Source: the human T2T-CHM13v2.0 reference genome, Homo sapiens
Strand: one strand, 5' to 3'
DNA: 64,000 nt
Assembly (NCBI RefSeq): GCF_009914755.1
Contig: NC_060925.1
Both the position numbers and the translations under genes were made by a program. Each line of letters starts with the position of its first letter. The stretch's first letter is position 1. The notes under the pieces are model-generated. The model saw nothing but the letters and a program-made list of their open reading frames with translations. It was not told the DNA's origin and did not search any database. Positions 1 to 11,392 of the stretch are shown here, piece after piece.

Positions 1-278
1 ATAAATTTGTCCACACCCATAGAATGTACAACACCCAGAGTGAACTCTAAGGTAAATGATGGAATCTGGGTGTTAATGATGTGTCAACGTAAGTTCATCA
101 ATTGTAACAAATGTAGCACTCTGGTGAAAGATTGTTAATAACAGGAGAGGCTATGCATGTGTAGGGGAAGGAAGTATATTGAGAAATTTCTGTACCTTCC
201 TCTCAATTTTGCTGTGAAACTAAAACCGTTCTAAAAAAGAAAAGAGTATATTAAAAACAAACAAACAACAAACAAACT
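1..278 (+). mobile_element. L1MC-type LINE-1 3' UTR end (cut by window edge)
   Basis: Resembles the L1MC 3' end (…TTCATCAATTGTAACAAATGTAGCACTCTGGTG…CTCAATTTTGCTGTGAAACTAAAAC) followed by an A-rich/(AAAC)n tail. Confidence 0.75.
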
Positions 279-319
279 GAGCAGAGGCATCAGAGAAAGT
301 TGCCAAGATAATTCCTGAG

Positions 320-1685
320 TAAAGATTAGTCTTTTCAACAAGCGGTGCTGGAAAAATTTGTTATCATGTGCAAATAAATGAACTTCGGCCCTTACTTTAT
401 TCCACATAAAAAACTAACTCACAATGAACTATACACTTAAATGTAGGCTACATATATAAATATTTCAGAAGAATAACATAAAAGCAAATCATTGTGGCCT
501 TCTGTTAGACAAGAGTTCTTAGATATGAGAAGATGCTCCACAGCATATGTCTTCTGGAAATTAAAACTGAAACAACAATGAAATACAATTACACACTTAT
601 TAGATTGGCCAAAATCAAAAACACTGACAACACTAAATGCTGGCAAGGATTTGGTGCACAGGTACTGCCATTCATAATAGCACCAAAAGCATAATCCATT
701 AAAAATTTGATAAATTGGACTTCAAATTTAAAGTTTTTATTCTTCAAAAGATAGATTAAGAGAATGAGTGAAAAGACAGGCATGGTTTGGAGGAAAATAT
801 TTGCAAAACATATATCTGACAAAAGACTTGTGTTAGAATATATAAAGAACTCTTAAAACTCTTATGAGAACCCAGTTTTAAAAATGGGCAAATGATTTGA
901 ACTGACACTTCACCAAAGAAGATTTATGAATGGCAAGTAAGCACATGAGAAAATGATCAATATAATTAGTCATAAGGGCAATACAAATTAAAACCATAAG
1001 GAGATATACCCACTAAAAGGCTATAATAAAAATTACAGATAATTCTAAGTGTTGGCTAGCATCTGGGAAAACTGTAACCCTCCTACATGGCTGATAAGGA
1101 TATAAAATGACACTACTATTTGGAACACAGTTTGACAGTTTATCTTTTAAAAGTTGAACAATAACATATTTCCTAATGATTTCACTCCAAGAAAAATGTA
1201 TTCATATGTCCACTCAAAGATAAGTACATGAATGATCATAGCAGCATTATTCATAATAAGTCCAAACCGAAATCCATCCAAATGTCCTTGAACTGGAGAA
1301 TAGGTAAACAAAATGTGGTATACCTTTCAATGGAATACTATTCAGTACTAAAAATGAACTACTGATACATGCTATAATATTTTTGAGGTTCATCCATATT
1401 ACGGTGCTAAGTGAAAAATGCAAGACGCATAAGATTCTGTTTTGAAATGTTCAGAAATGGCAAATTTATGGTGTCAGCAGATCGGCAGTTACCTGCGACT
1501 GGGACTGGAAGTGAGAATTAACAAGGGAACTTTTTGAGATGATGGAAATGTTCTAAAATCAAATTGTGGTAATAGTTACACAACTCTATAAAAATCATAA
1601 GGTACTAAAAATCATAAAATTATCCCCTTACAATGCATAAATTTTATACACTGCAAATTATACCTCAATAAAGCTATTAAAACAA
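320..1685 (+). mobile_element. Old L1M (L1MB/MD/ME-type) ORF2 3' part and 3' UTR
   Basis: Degenerate L1 landmarks: TCTTTTCAACAAGCGGTGCTGG, GACACTTCACCAAAGAAGAT, AATGTGGTATACC…ATGGAATACTATTCAG, ending AAATTATACCTCAATAAAGC. Confidence 0.8.
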
Positions 1686-3109
1686 TAGTAAAAATATCTT
1701 TCTCATGATGTCCTTATCTTAAATGGCAGATCACGGTTTTAAATACATGTTCAAAGGGGTTTTGTTCAGTAGGTTTAAAAGGGGCTACTGGTAACAAAAT
1801 AAAATGCATTCTTGGATGATATAATTAGTACCAGTAACAACTATGGCCATAGTGATTGATAGTTCTAGCACTAAAAATTCAAAATCTTCCTTCCTGCCTG
1901 CTCTCCCTGAGATCTAGATGCTGGCATGTTTAGCCTTCCCACTTGTAATTATCCTCCCTTCGAATTGGAATAAGGATTAACTAATTATACTGATGCCTTC
2001 AGACACAAGCCATATCAAATACCCTGGTAACTGAGAATCAACTTGTCTGCAAAAGTATGCCAGAAAGCCTTAAAATCTCTAGTACCTTCATCAAGGTCCA
2101 GAACAGAGGATTGAGCCAACCCACAGAGCTTCCCTGATCTAGTCCAGATGGCACAGGTACACCCTGTACTTCCATTAAATTTACTTTCTTAAAATGCTGC
2201 TTTGGATAAGGTAAATCCCTTTCTCAAAAATCTTTTTGGGTGTTAAACTGTCCATCAAAGGGCCAGGACATGGTGTTAGAAACCATGGTTTTAAATCTTG
2301 GCCCTGATATGAACTAGTCATGTGGTCTTAACGAAGAAACTTATTTTTTATCCTCAGATTATTTACCCCCAAACTGGGACAGTTCTGCCTACTCTACAAA
2401 ACTATTGTGAGAAAAAAACCAAATAGTCTATATAAAGTAAGAAACCCGGTATGTGTGTTGTGTTGAATCTGAATAAAGGATGCAGCCAATATGAAAATCA
2501 GGGCTTTCCAGAGTTTTGCCCGAATCTTCTTGTCTAGCCTAATCTTCCAGTAGCCCCATGAATTTCCTATTCCAATCACACCAGACTTCTAACCAACTAC
2601 CACCATCAGGCAATGGCTCTGGCTTTTCTTGCTTTCTGGGCTACCTTATTATCAACTCTGTATTCTGTAATCCCACCCATCTTTCAAGATGGCTTAAAAG
2701 CAAAATCTTAGCTTTTAAAGACATTCTCCATGATGTTTATTTTTATTATTAACTTCTTAAAAAACTCATTCTATCCTTAATTATATATGTTTTAAAGTAT
2801 CAGAGCTATTTTGAGATGTCCTTTTTCCCCTGGTACAGAATATACTTCTGGAAGTATATCAAGACTTGTATATATACCTTGTATATATACAAGTACACAG
2901 TGCCTCTCACAGGCTCTGAAGTAGGACAGGAGTTTCAAACTATTACTTTTTCCAACTGAGGAATTCCTCGAGGATAATTTGAAAACTTTTATTCAAGTCT
3001 AATTTTCTGACTTTATAGGTGAAAAAAATTATCCCCAGAAAGGGAACATAGAATTCAAGGTAATACAAGTAGTTTCATGTTAGAGCTGAAAGCAGAATTC
3101 AGATATCCT

Positions 3110-3560
3110 GTGGCAGCGACTTTAAGCTGTCCCTCAATATCAATTCTCCCACATAGTTAGAGGACCACCAATTTTTAGCTAAAACTTGGCTACTCAGAAC
3201 AAAGACTTCATTTCTTTTCCTTCCTTTAGTTAAATGTGGATGAGTTCTAGTAAATGACAGTGCCACAGAACTGCTTCTTCTTTCTCCACCGTCTCCTTCA
3301 TCCTGCTGCATGGAATACAGATACGATGGTAGAATTCCATATTGAATCATGAGGTTGAGGGCCACATCCCAAGGATGACAGAGAAGAAAGCTAGAAGAAC
3401 CTGACTCTTTGAGGCTTTCAAGGAGTAGAGTCATAAAATTAGTTGTGGATTGCCTACATTTAGACTTTTACATTGAAAAGAAATAAACGTCTATCATGTT
3501 TAAGTTGTAATTTTATATATGTTATTTTGAATATCTATTATTGAAAGCTTAACTGATCCT
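3110..3560 (+). mobile_element. MLT1 (MLT1J-like) MaLR LTR remnant
   Basis: Degenerate MLT1 3' motifs (…GAAAAGAAATAAACGTCTATCATGTTTAAG…); boundaries approximate. Confidence 0.5.
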
Positions 3561-3906
3561 ATTGTTTTTCTTATTAGCTTTTTATTGTTTTCAGCTCTTC
3601 ACACTGCTTCCAGACATGTTCTTAATTCATTTTTTCATTGTTTCAATCATTCACTCAATAAACATTCATTGTGCACCTACATTCTGCCTAGTCATAAATC
3701 TAAGAGAAGGTTGGGGTGGGCACAGGAGTGAAATGTACAGATCCTGCCTTAAATGTTATGAGTAATGAATGAACTTCCCATTCTCTTAAAAAAGATCGCA
3801 ATTCATATGTCTGGTAAATATTCATCTCAGAATTTTTCTGACAATTCCTTCTCAAATAAGCTCACTGTTCAGTAATATACTGTTAATTGGACCAGGTGCA
3901 CTTAAT

Positions 3907-4378
3907 GTATTATATTTGTTCCTCTGCATCCACTCTCCACCTTTCTATATCTTTTTATTTTCCCTGGGAGGATGATCTGTATGAATCACATAAATGGGCT
4001 CCTTTGTTCTCTGGATTCTGGTTGTGTTGGCCAATATGGACTCCTAGAAGGAGATCAGATGTAAGTAAGAGAATGAGGTCTGTATATTTATTTTTCTCAC
4101 CACTCTCTATGGGATTATCTTAGGCTAACTGTGTACCTTAACTGAAGGTCACCAATTCTTTCTGAGATGACCCACTAAATGACTCTCTACTATTGTGTTC
4201 TGTTAACCTTCCTTCCCTTTATTCCCTTTGAGCTGTTATTAGCCCTAGAGAATTTCACTGTACTTTGTCATTGCATACATTGCCCACACCTTGTAAATAA
4301 CCCATTTATTAAACCTTCCTTAAATTATCCTAATTTGAGGCTGCCATCTGTTTCCTGCTAGCATGCTGACTCATATAC
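3907..4378 (+). mobile_element. LTR33-like ERVL solo LTR
   Basis: Ends TTGTAAATAACCCATTTATTAAACC…GCCATCTGTTTCCTGCTAGCATGCTGACTCATA, resembling the LTR33 3' end. Confidence 0.6.
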
Positions 4379-4944
4379 CATGTATACCAATTATCAATTC
4401 AAAATATATAGGCAACAGATACAAATGGGAAGATACCATGAGAAGCACTGTTGGGAAGAAGGTTGGAGTAGAGAAAAGATATTTAGCTATGAAATCATAG
4501 TGCACACAGAATCTCAGACTACAAGAATAACATGACCAGATTTGTCTCTCAGTACCTGAGTTGCACATAGGCCCTCTTTACTGCTCTCTTTTTTGAGGTA
4601 TCCTGGATTTATTTAGAAATGCGTCTCACTTTTATGTGAAACTCACAGTCACTAGGCTGAGTCCATTTAACTAGCAACACATATCAGAACCCCAAGTAAA
4701 GTATCTTCTGCCAATTTCACCAGTATCCTCATTTAGAATGTTTAGAGCCTGTCCAATAAGCCTCTTTTAGGGGCACAATCCACACTTTTTGAAGAGTAAA
4801 ACATAAAACCAAATTAGCACCTGCTTATTCTTTATTAGCAACCAAAGTATTGCTGACAACAAAGAGTAAAACCTATGAATCCACTATGAAGAACAACTTC
4901 AGATCCTAGTTTGGGCACAAGAGGAAGAGAGGGAAGTAGGAAGA

Positions 4945-5235
<291 letters not shown>

Positions 5236-5248
5236 GGAAGTAGGAAGA

Positions 5249-5744
5249 TGTGGTAGGCAAAATGATGCAACACTCCCCAACCCAAGATGTCTAACTCCTA
5301 ATCCCCAGAACCTGTCACTGTGTTACCTCACATAACAAACGGGACTTCACAGATATGATTAAGATAAAGATCTTGCTATATGGAGATTAACCTGGATTAT
5401 CTGGGTAAATCCACTGTAAGCACAGGGATCCTTATAAGTGAAAGAGAGCTCATATCAAAGTGATACAGCATGAAAAAGACTCAACCAGCCACTGATAGCT
5501 CTCAAGATGGAAGGGAACTACAAACTAAGAAATGCAAGCAGCCTCTAGAAGCTGGAAAAGGCAGGGAAATAAATTCTCCCTTAAAGCCTCCAAAAGAAAT
5601 GCAGATCTGCTGATACCTTGACTTTAACCTAGTGAGACTCATTTTGTATTTCTAGCCCCTGGAATTATAAGATAATAATTTTGTGTTGTTTTGTACTACC
5701 ATATTTGTGGTAGTTTGTCACATCAGCAATAGGGAACAATTATG
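5249..5744 (+). mobile_element. MLT1D-like MaLR LTR
   Basis: TGTGGTAGGC start; CCTAATCCCCAGAACCTG, CAGCCTCTAGAAGCTGGAAAAGGCAGGGAAA and …CAGCAATAGGGAAC end. Confidence 0.8.
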
Positions 5745-6312
5745 GAATAGGAGACTGAAATCTCTAGACCCAGGAAACTAAACCTGGAGCAGGAAAAAAC
5801 AGTCAGGAACTGATGGATGACAGAGACAGGGCACATTGTGGCCATCACAACCAAACTGCACACCACTTGCTAACCTGTACTGCAGGCAAGTTTGGTTCAC
5901 TAAGAAATGTATTCTTCCTATCAGAGGCTCACAGTAATAAAATGCTTTCATACCTTTTGTAACACCTAGCAAAAGTCTCCTTTTCTCTCAGAGGTTTTGG
6001 GATTCACTTAAATTTTGTATTTTGCTAGAGAGCTTTATCAGCTTCATTCAGAAAAACAACCATCTGTCTCATATCTTATTCTGTGACTTCCTGGTGCCCA
6101 CAGTCGCAATAAATCACACAATAAAAACAATACTTTAAAGAATTGTTAAATTAATACTAATTATATAATTGTTTAATTGTAGTTAGTAAATTATTAAAAG
6201 TTCTGGAAAGCACCAGTATTCATTATTTGCATTGCATAAAAACCCGTGTTAAGTCCCTATCCCAAGTTTGCCTGTTTCCAAATGAGTAACCCAAACCTGG
6301 CACAGGCCTTAC

Positions 6313-6529
6313 CACACTCTGGCCCAGCTGCTCCCGAAAGAAGTAATCCATGTTTCTCTTTTGCAGGCTGTCAAGGTAATGTTGGAAGCGAGTGTATGTA
6401 TATGGGTAGCAGTAAGCAAACTGGTAAATATCTTCTTCTCGGTCAAAACAAAAGGCAAAGGACATCACATAGTTCTTCCTATGGTCCGGGCAGCGGTAGT
6501 AGTAAACATTTTTGGGTGGCAGCCTTTGC
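6313..6529 (-). CDS. AGBL4: Internal coding exon of AGBL4/CCP6 (tubulin deglutamylase, M14 cytosolic carboxypeptidase); probably exon 5
   Basis: Translates (after 1 nt completing a Trp codon) to QRLPPKNVYYYRCPDHRKNYVMSFAFCFDREEDIYQFAYCYPYTYTRFQHYLDSLQKRNMDYFFREQLGQSV, which I recognise as AGBL4; includes the CCP-family YPYTY motif. On the minus strand the acceptor is ATATATTTTAG|G (AG at 6531-6530) and the donor is GTG|GTAAGG (GT at 6312-6311). Length 217 nt = 1 nt + 72 codons. Exon number is from memory. Confidence 0.96.
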
Positions 6530-6777
6530 CTAAAATATATAAACAAAGAAATTTGGGCATATGAGACATTCGTTCAAGCTTCAAAAGGTAATACATATAA
6601 ATCAATGCCTGGAGAAAAACTGTAACATCAAGAACCATGGGTGATGGGGCTGGGAGAATGACAACACAAACCACATATTGTTTAAAACAGACCTGAATCT
6701 GGCAGCTCTTTGCTCACAATCCAGTGCCACCCTTTCTCAACTGTCTGGAAAATGCAAAGTTAAACAAAAATAGACAC

Positions 6778-7030
6778 ATTCTATTCACTTGTTTATCCTT
6801 ATTTTGAGCACTTAACATATGTGGCATCAAATGCCCAGGCCTTGATGTACAATAATAAATAAGACAAGGAAGATCTCTGTCCTCATGGATAATAGTGGGG
6901 AAGCGGTCAGTAAAATATTAAAAATAAGTAGACAATATAATTACAGATTCTAAAAGTGCCTTGAAGGTAAATAAAGACTGTGATGCTATAGAGATATAAA
7001 TGGGAGAGGCCTACTTTTCCTGGGGAAGTC
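6778..7030 (-). mobile_element. L2 LINE fragment
   Basis: Reverse L2 3'-end pattern (CATTC…TTGAGCACTTA…AATAAGACA…GTCCTCATGG). Confidence 0.55.
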
Positions 7031-9419
7031 AAGTTTTTTAAATTATAAGACTAATTAAGAACTTTTAAAATAAACTCATATGCATTGTATATATTCAAGG
7101 AAAGGGAAATATTCAACATTTCTCTAAATTATTACTATTATTTTCTACAGAGCATTCCATGAGACTAATTTTCCACAGAAGCACTTTGGGAAATAGTGCT
7201 TTAAAATATGCTGTGTGGGCAATTTTGCTAAGCTAAACACTGAGATGCAAACAGGAAACAAAAATGTTGCAGTCATAGTTTCCATAATGTCTTTGCATTT
7301 ACCCACTTTAAAGAGTTACTCTACCCTCTCATTATTTATGATATCCAACCTCTTCACAATGTTTCCCTGCAGTGAATGTCTCTCATTTCTATCATTTCAA
7401 ATCCTGCTAATCCTGCAAAACTCATCTAAAACTGTGCCCTTTCCATGATACTAACTACATGGACAATTCCAGGCCAGTTCAGCTCCACATTTTGTGTAAC
7501 TCTTGCTTTTTTATCAATTGCTTAATAAGTCTTAACCACCAAGGTTGATTTGGAAGATCCTTAAAGGAAGGGATGCTCCTGGGGAGTGCAGATACAGTGG
7601 ATGAAGGATGTAAGGCTCACCTGTAGTGGCTTGGCATTCAATTGAGAAGCCAAAGACTACAGGGGCATATGAAGACAAATGTGAGGAGGAAGGTTTAGGA
7701 GGGGAAATTGAGAAAAACAAGAAGGGTGCTGTCTCCAGGTAGAACAACCTGGAGAAAACTGTTAACAGATAGAACAGAGCATTATAACATACTAGTGTTT
7801 GTTGCAGAATCTTGTTTCTACCTTAGTGTCTTTCTGAAGCTAAGTGGCCAGGGTGGGAGGTGTGGCTGTGGGATTCCTTTGGAACAGCAGTGGTTACATG
7901 GCATTGATGCCTGTACATACATTTGATTATATTAAATTTAATTAAATATTCTGGTATTTGATTATATTAGAAAAAGTGACTAAAATGATGGGCCATGGGG
8001 TCTAAGGTGGGTAAGAATCTGAAAGTGCTGAGGAGAAAGACAGGATGATAGATATGCAGTCTAAGCAACAAAGAAACAGAGCTTTCACATAAAAGTCAGA
8101 GGTAGTATCAAAGGTTGTTTAAAGGTGTTTGGCCCACCAATAGAGTCCATTTGCCTCCTACTCCCAAAGCTACTGCCCATAAATACATAAATAACAGTCT
8201 TCTTATAATGGAAATATATCTTCAAGACAAATCTTATAGGCACTCCTTCTTCTAACTAGATTGCTACCCTAAATTCTGGAGTTATCAGTGATGAGGTAGA
8301 GAAATGATGGCTTGGAAGTTGCATGAGGAGTGAGGAGGAAAATGACCCCTCCTGATCCTTCTGTACATGCAGTATAGAAGAATGAGGATTTCTTGAGAGG
8401 GCAATTGGGGTAGTAATGTCCTCCAAGAGGGTCAGGCCTCAGTTCATTGTTTTATTTAGCAAATATTTAAGCATCATAGACTTTTAACCAAGTCTAGTTT
8501 GGTTAAAACAAGGGGTAAAGGAAGAAGTGAACTTAAAGACTGAGGATCCAAGTGGGATTATTAACCATGGAGCTGAGTACCAGAGGAAAAAGTGGAAGAT
8601 GAAGAGGTCTGAAGAGGGAGAGGGAAGGAAGCAGTGAAGAGTCAAGATTAGAGAAAGAACAGACCAGTGCAAGGATGTGGGTATGGAGAGAATACATGAT
8701 GATCTACATTTGTGATGGTATTGAAGATGCAGTTAAGTGAGGCAGGCTGGTGGCATACACGAGTCCCAGGGTTCCCGATTTGTATTTGGGGAGAATGTCT
8801 GTGAAAATGGCCTTGATGTTTCCAGCCAAAGGTCTGTGATAGTCACTTCAGGCTCTGACTTGACGGTCTGAGTTTGAGTCTCTTAGAGCCCTGGATGAGT
8901 ATGTCTTCATTCACGAGTGGTTCCTACAGTCATAAGGTCTCAGATTATGATGCTGTTTTCAGCTTTTTATTTACCAGTATATCCAACCAGGGTATATGCT
9001 TTCAATTCTGTGACCACAGTTTTCTCCTCTTCCAGCCAAGTTCTGCAACTTGACTCTGAGAGCCTGCTGTCTCCACTGAATTTGATTATGTGCTATCAGG
9101 AGAATCCATCTACTGCCTGCAGCTGTCGAGCTCCTCTCCTGGGTGAGCCGGGATGCCTAACCTGATTAGCAGACAAAGTAGAGCTAATGGGCTCTAGGGC
9201 AATCATTCAGGGAAACTGAGATGCTGTTCAGGGCTTAGATTTTCTAGACTTTCCCAAGGATACAAACAGAAATCTATTTGAGGAGGGCTCAGCAGGCAAA
9301 ATTCAAGACTTTCAAGTAATGCAAAGAATAAAGCAAAGGGGGCTGAAACTAGGGAGGAAAAAACGTCTCCTTCATTTGGGATGTACTTCTTATTTTTCTC
9401 TTATTTTGTTTATTATGTC

Positions 9420-9645
9420 TCAGACATTGTGTTAAGTGTTTTATATGCATTATGATTTGATCCTCATAATAACCTTATGAGCTAGGGGCTGTTATCCCTT
9501 TACATAGATAAAAAAATTTGAAGCCAAGAGAGGAAAAAAAAAAAAGATTCCCTGAGGTCACAAGATCAGTGAGCAGCAGATCCTGTATTAAGCCTAGGCC
9601 AGTGTGGCTCAAAAGCCTGTATTCATAATCCCTACAGTATCTTTC
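9420..9645 (-). mobile_element. MIR SINE
   Basis: ATCCTCATAATAACCTTATGAG…CCTTTACATAGAT…GAGGTCACA core in reverse orientation. Confidence 0.65.
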
Positions 9646-10359
9646 CACTCCCCTTTTCCCCTTGCCATCCAACTTACAGCCTTACCTTCTACTTCCAGAA
9701 AAACCTGATTTTATAGTACTCTCTTGCTAAAAACCTTTTAAGCAACTTCCTATCCTCACATTTCAGTTTGGCCCACAAGGCTTCCTGTGATGGCCTTGTG
9801 ATTCCAGCATCATCATCCATTTCACCCTCCTTGAAACCTTTGCTTTGTTTATATTCAACTACTCATAACTCCCTAACACAATTTTGTGCCATACCTTCAA
9901 TATCTCTATGTTTTGTGCTCGATCTTTCCTCTACCTGGTCTGCCTTCCCCACCATCTTGCATACTTGGTGAATTCCTACTGATAGATGAGGCATATAGTC
10001 AATTGTCAACAAAGGTTTAAATATTTCTTAAATGAACAAATCAATGTATAACTGACTACCCTTTAACACAGCTCTTCTCTAAAGCCTTCCCTGACTATTG
10101 AGTCTTCCTTATTTTTCTCTACTTTAAAAAATTATATAAAAAGATTTTTATCATCTAGTTTGTCTCTTAACAATGAACAATAAAAGTAAATGGATATTTG
10201 GATATTTCTTCAAAGAGTAGGCTTCTTGAAAATATAAACTGTGTTACTTCTTTACCTCTAGTCATGGCATAGAGCGGTCTCAAGCAATACTTATTTATGT
10301 AAAAAGCAATGAAAAAAAGGGAAAAAACCTTCTTATCCCAGAATAACATTGGTAGGTAT

Positions 10360-10550
10360 CACAAGAAGGCAGATTCTAGTTCAGTATAAAGTAGAGACTC
10401 TTTAACATTCAGCTGAAGAGAAAGTAGAGAGGGCTGCCTTACAGAGAAAATACAAGTATTAGAAGCTTTAGGGGATAAAGATCCTGTACTTGATGTTAGG
10501 TTAGACAAGGCAGACTTCTGATTCCATTTAACACAGATAGTCTATGATAT
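10360..10550 (+). mobile_element. L3/CR1-type LINE 3' remnant
   Basis: …GGTTAGACAAGG…TTCCATTTAAC…AGTCTATGAT resembles the CR1/L3 3' terminus; highly diverged. Confidence 0.4.
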
Positions 10551-11324
10551 CCATGGAAAAATAAAATAATAATAATAATTATTATAGTACTATTTCCTAA
10601 TATCTATATAGCATGGACCATATGCTAGGCCATTCTAAGTACTTTATAATGTATTTTCTTTATTCCTCTCAACAATCCTCTGAAGTTATTCATATTATAT
10701 CAATGGTATGGAAATAAAGGTAGAGTCAAGGACCTTTATGCTTATGCAGGTTGTTCACGACTCCCCAGAAGACCCCAGAAAGAAAATGGCACAACACTCG
10801 ATCCTGCCAGACACCCAGGAAGATTTCAGGTCCTGTAGTGTGTGCTTTCAAGACCTGGGGACTAAAGGCTGATCCAGCTCTTGGAATAAGGCCTTGTCCT
10901 GAGTTCAGCATCCTGAGGACATCCACATGAATGAGGGAGGTCTGTAACTCACATCCTCAGATTCAGTCATGCATGACTGAATGTTCTGAGTAAGCACACA
11001 CACACACGCACTCTCTCATGCATGTACACACTCAACACATTCACGAACATACTCTATTATAACTTCTATCTCATTACATCAGTTTAAACATATTCCTTTC
11101 TCCACTATGAGATTGAGCTCTCCTGGATGGCAGGTAGTACATATTGTTCATCTCTAGTTCTCCGGGACCTATACAAAGGCTTATAGATGAAGTGCCAAGA
11201 ACACTTATGAATGGATAAATGTTTGTGAATAAATAATGTCAGCTCCACTAATATATATATACATTGTACTCTCTCTAGTGAAACTTTAAGTCATGCCCTG
11301 AATATATCATATTCTCAAAAACCT

Positions 11325-11392
11325 CCTTGCCTTTTTAAATGCTATTCCTTGCCTTTTTAAATGCTATTCCTTGCCTTTTTAAATGCTATTCC
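11325..11392. repeat. Perfect 22-bp tandem triplication (CCTTGCCTTTTTAAATGCTATT)x3
   Basis: Identical units at 11325-11346, 11347-11368 and 11369-11390. Confidence 0.95.

Noticed and set aside
6223-6546. 107-aa ORF read as a standalone gene or intron-retention isoform (minus-strand ATTAAA at 6177-6172)
   Set aside because: The ORF is the AGBL4 exon plus intronic read-through on both sides. The donor is strong, and a lone ATTAAA in AT-rich DNA is not sufficient evidence.
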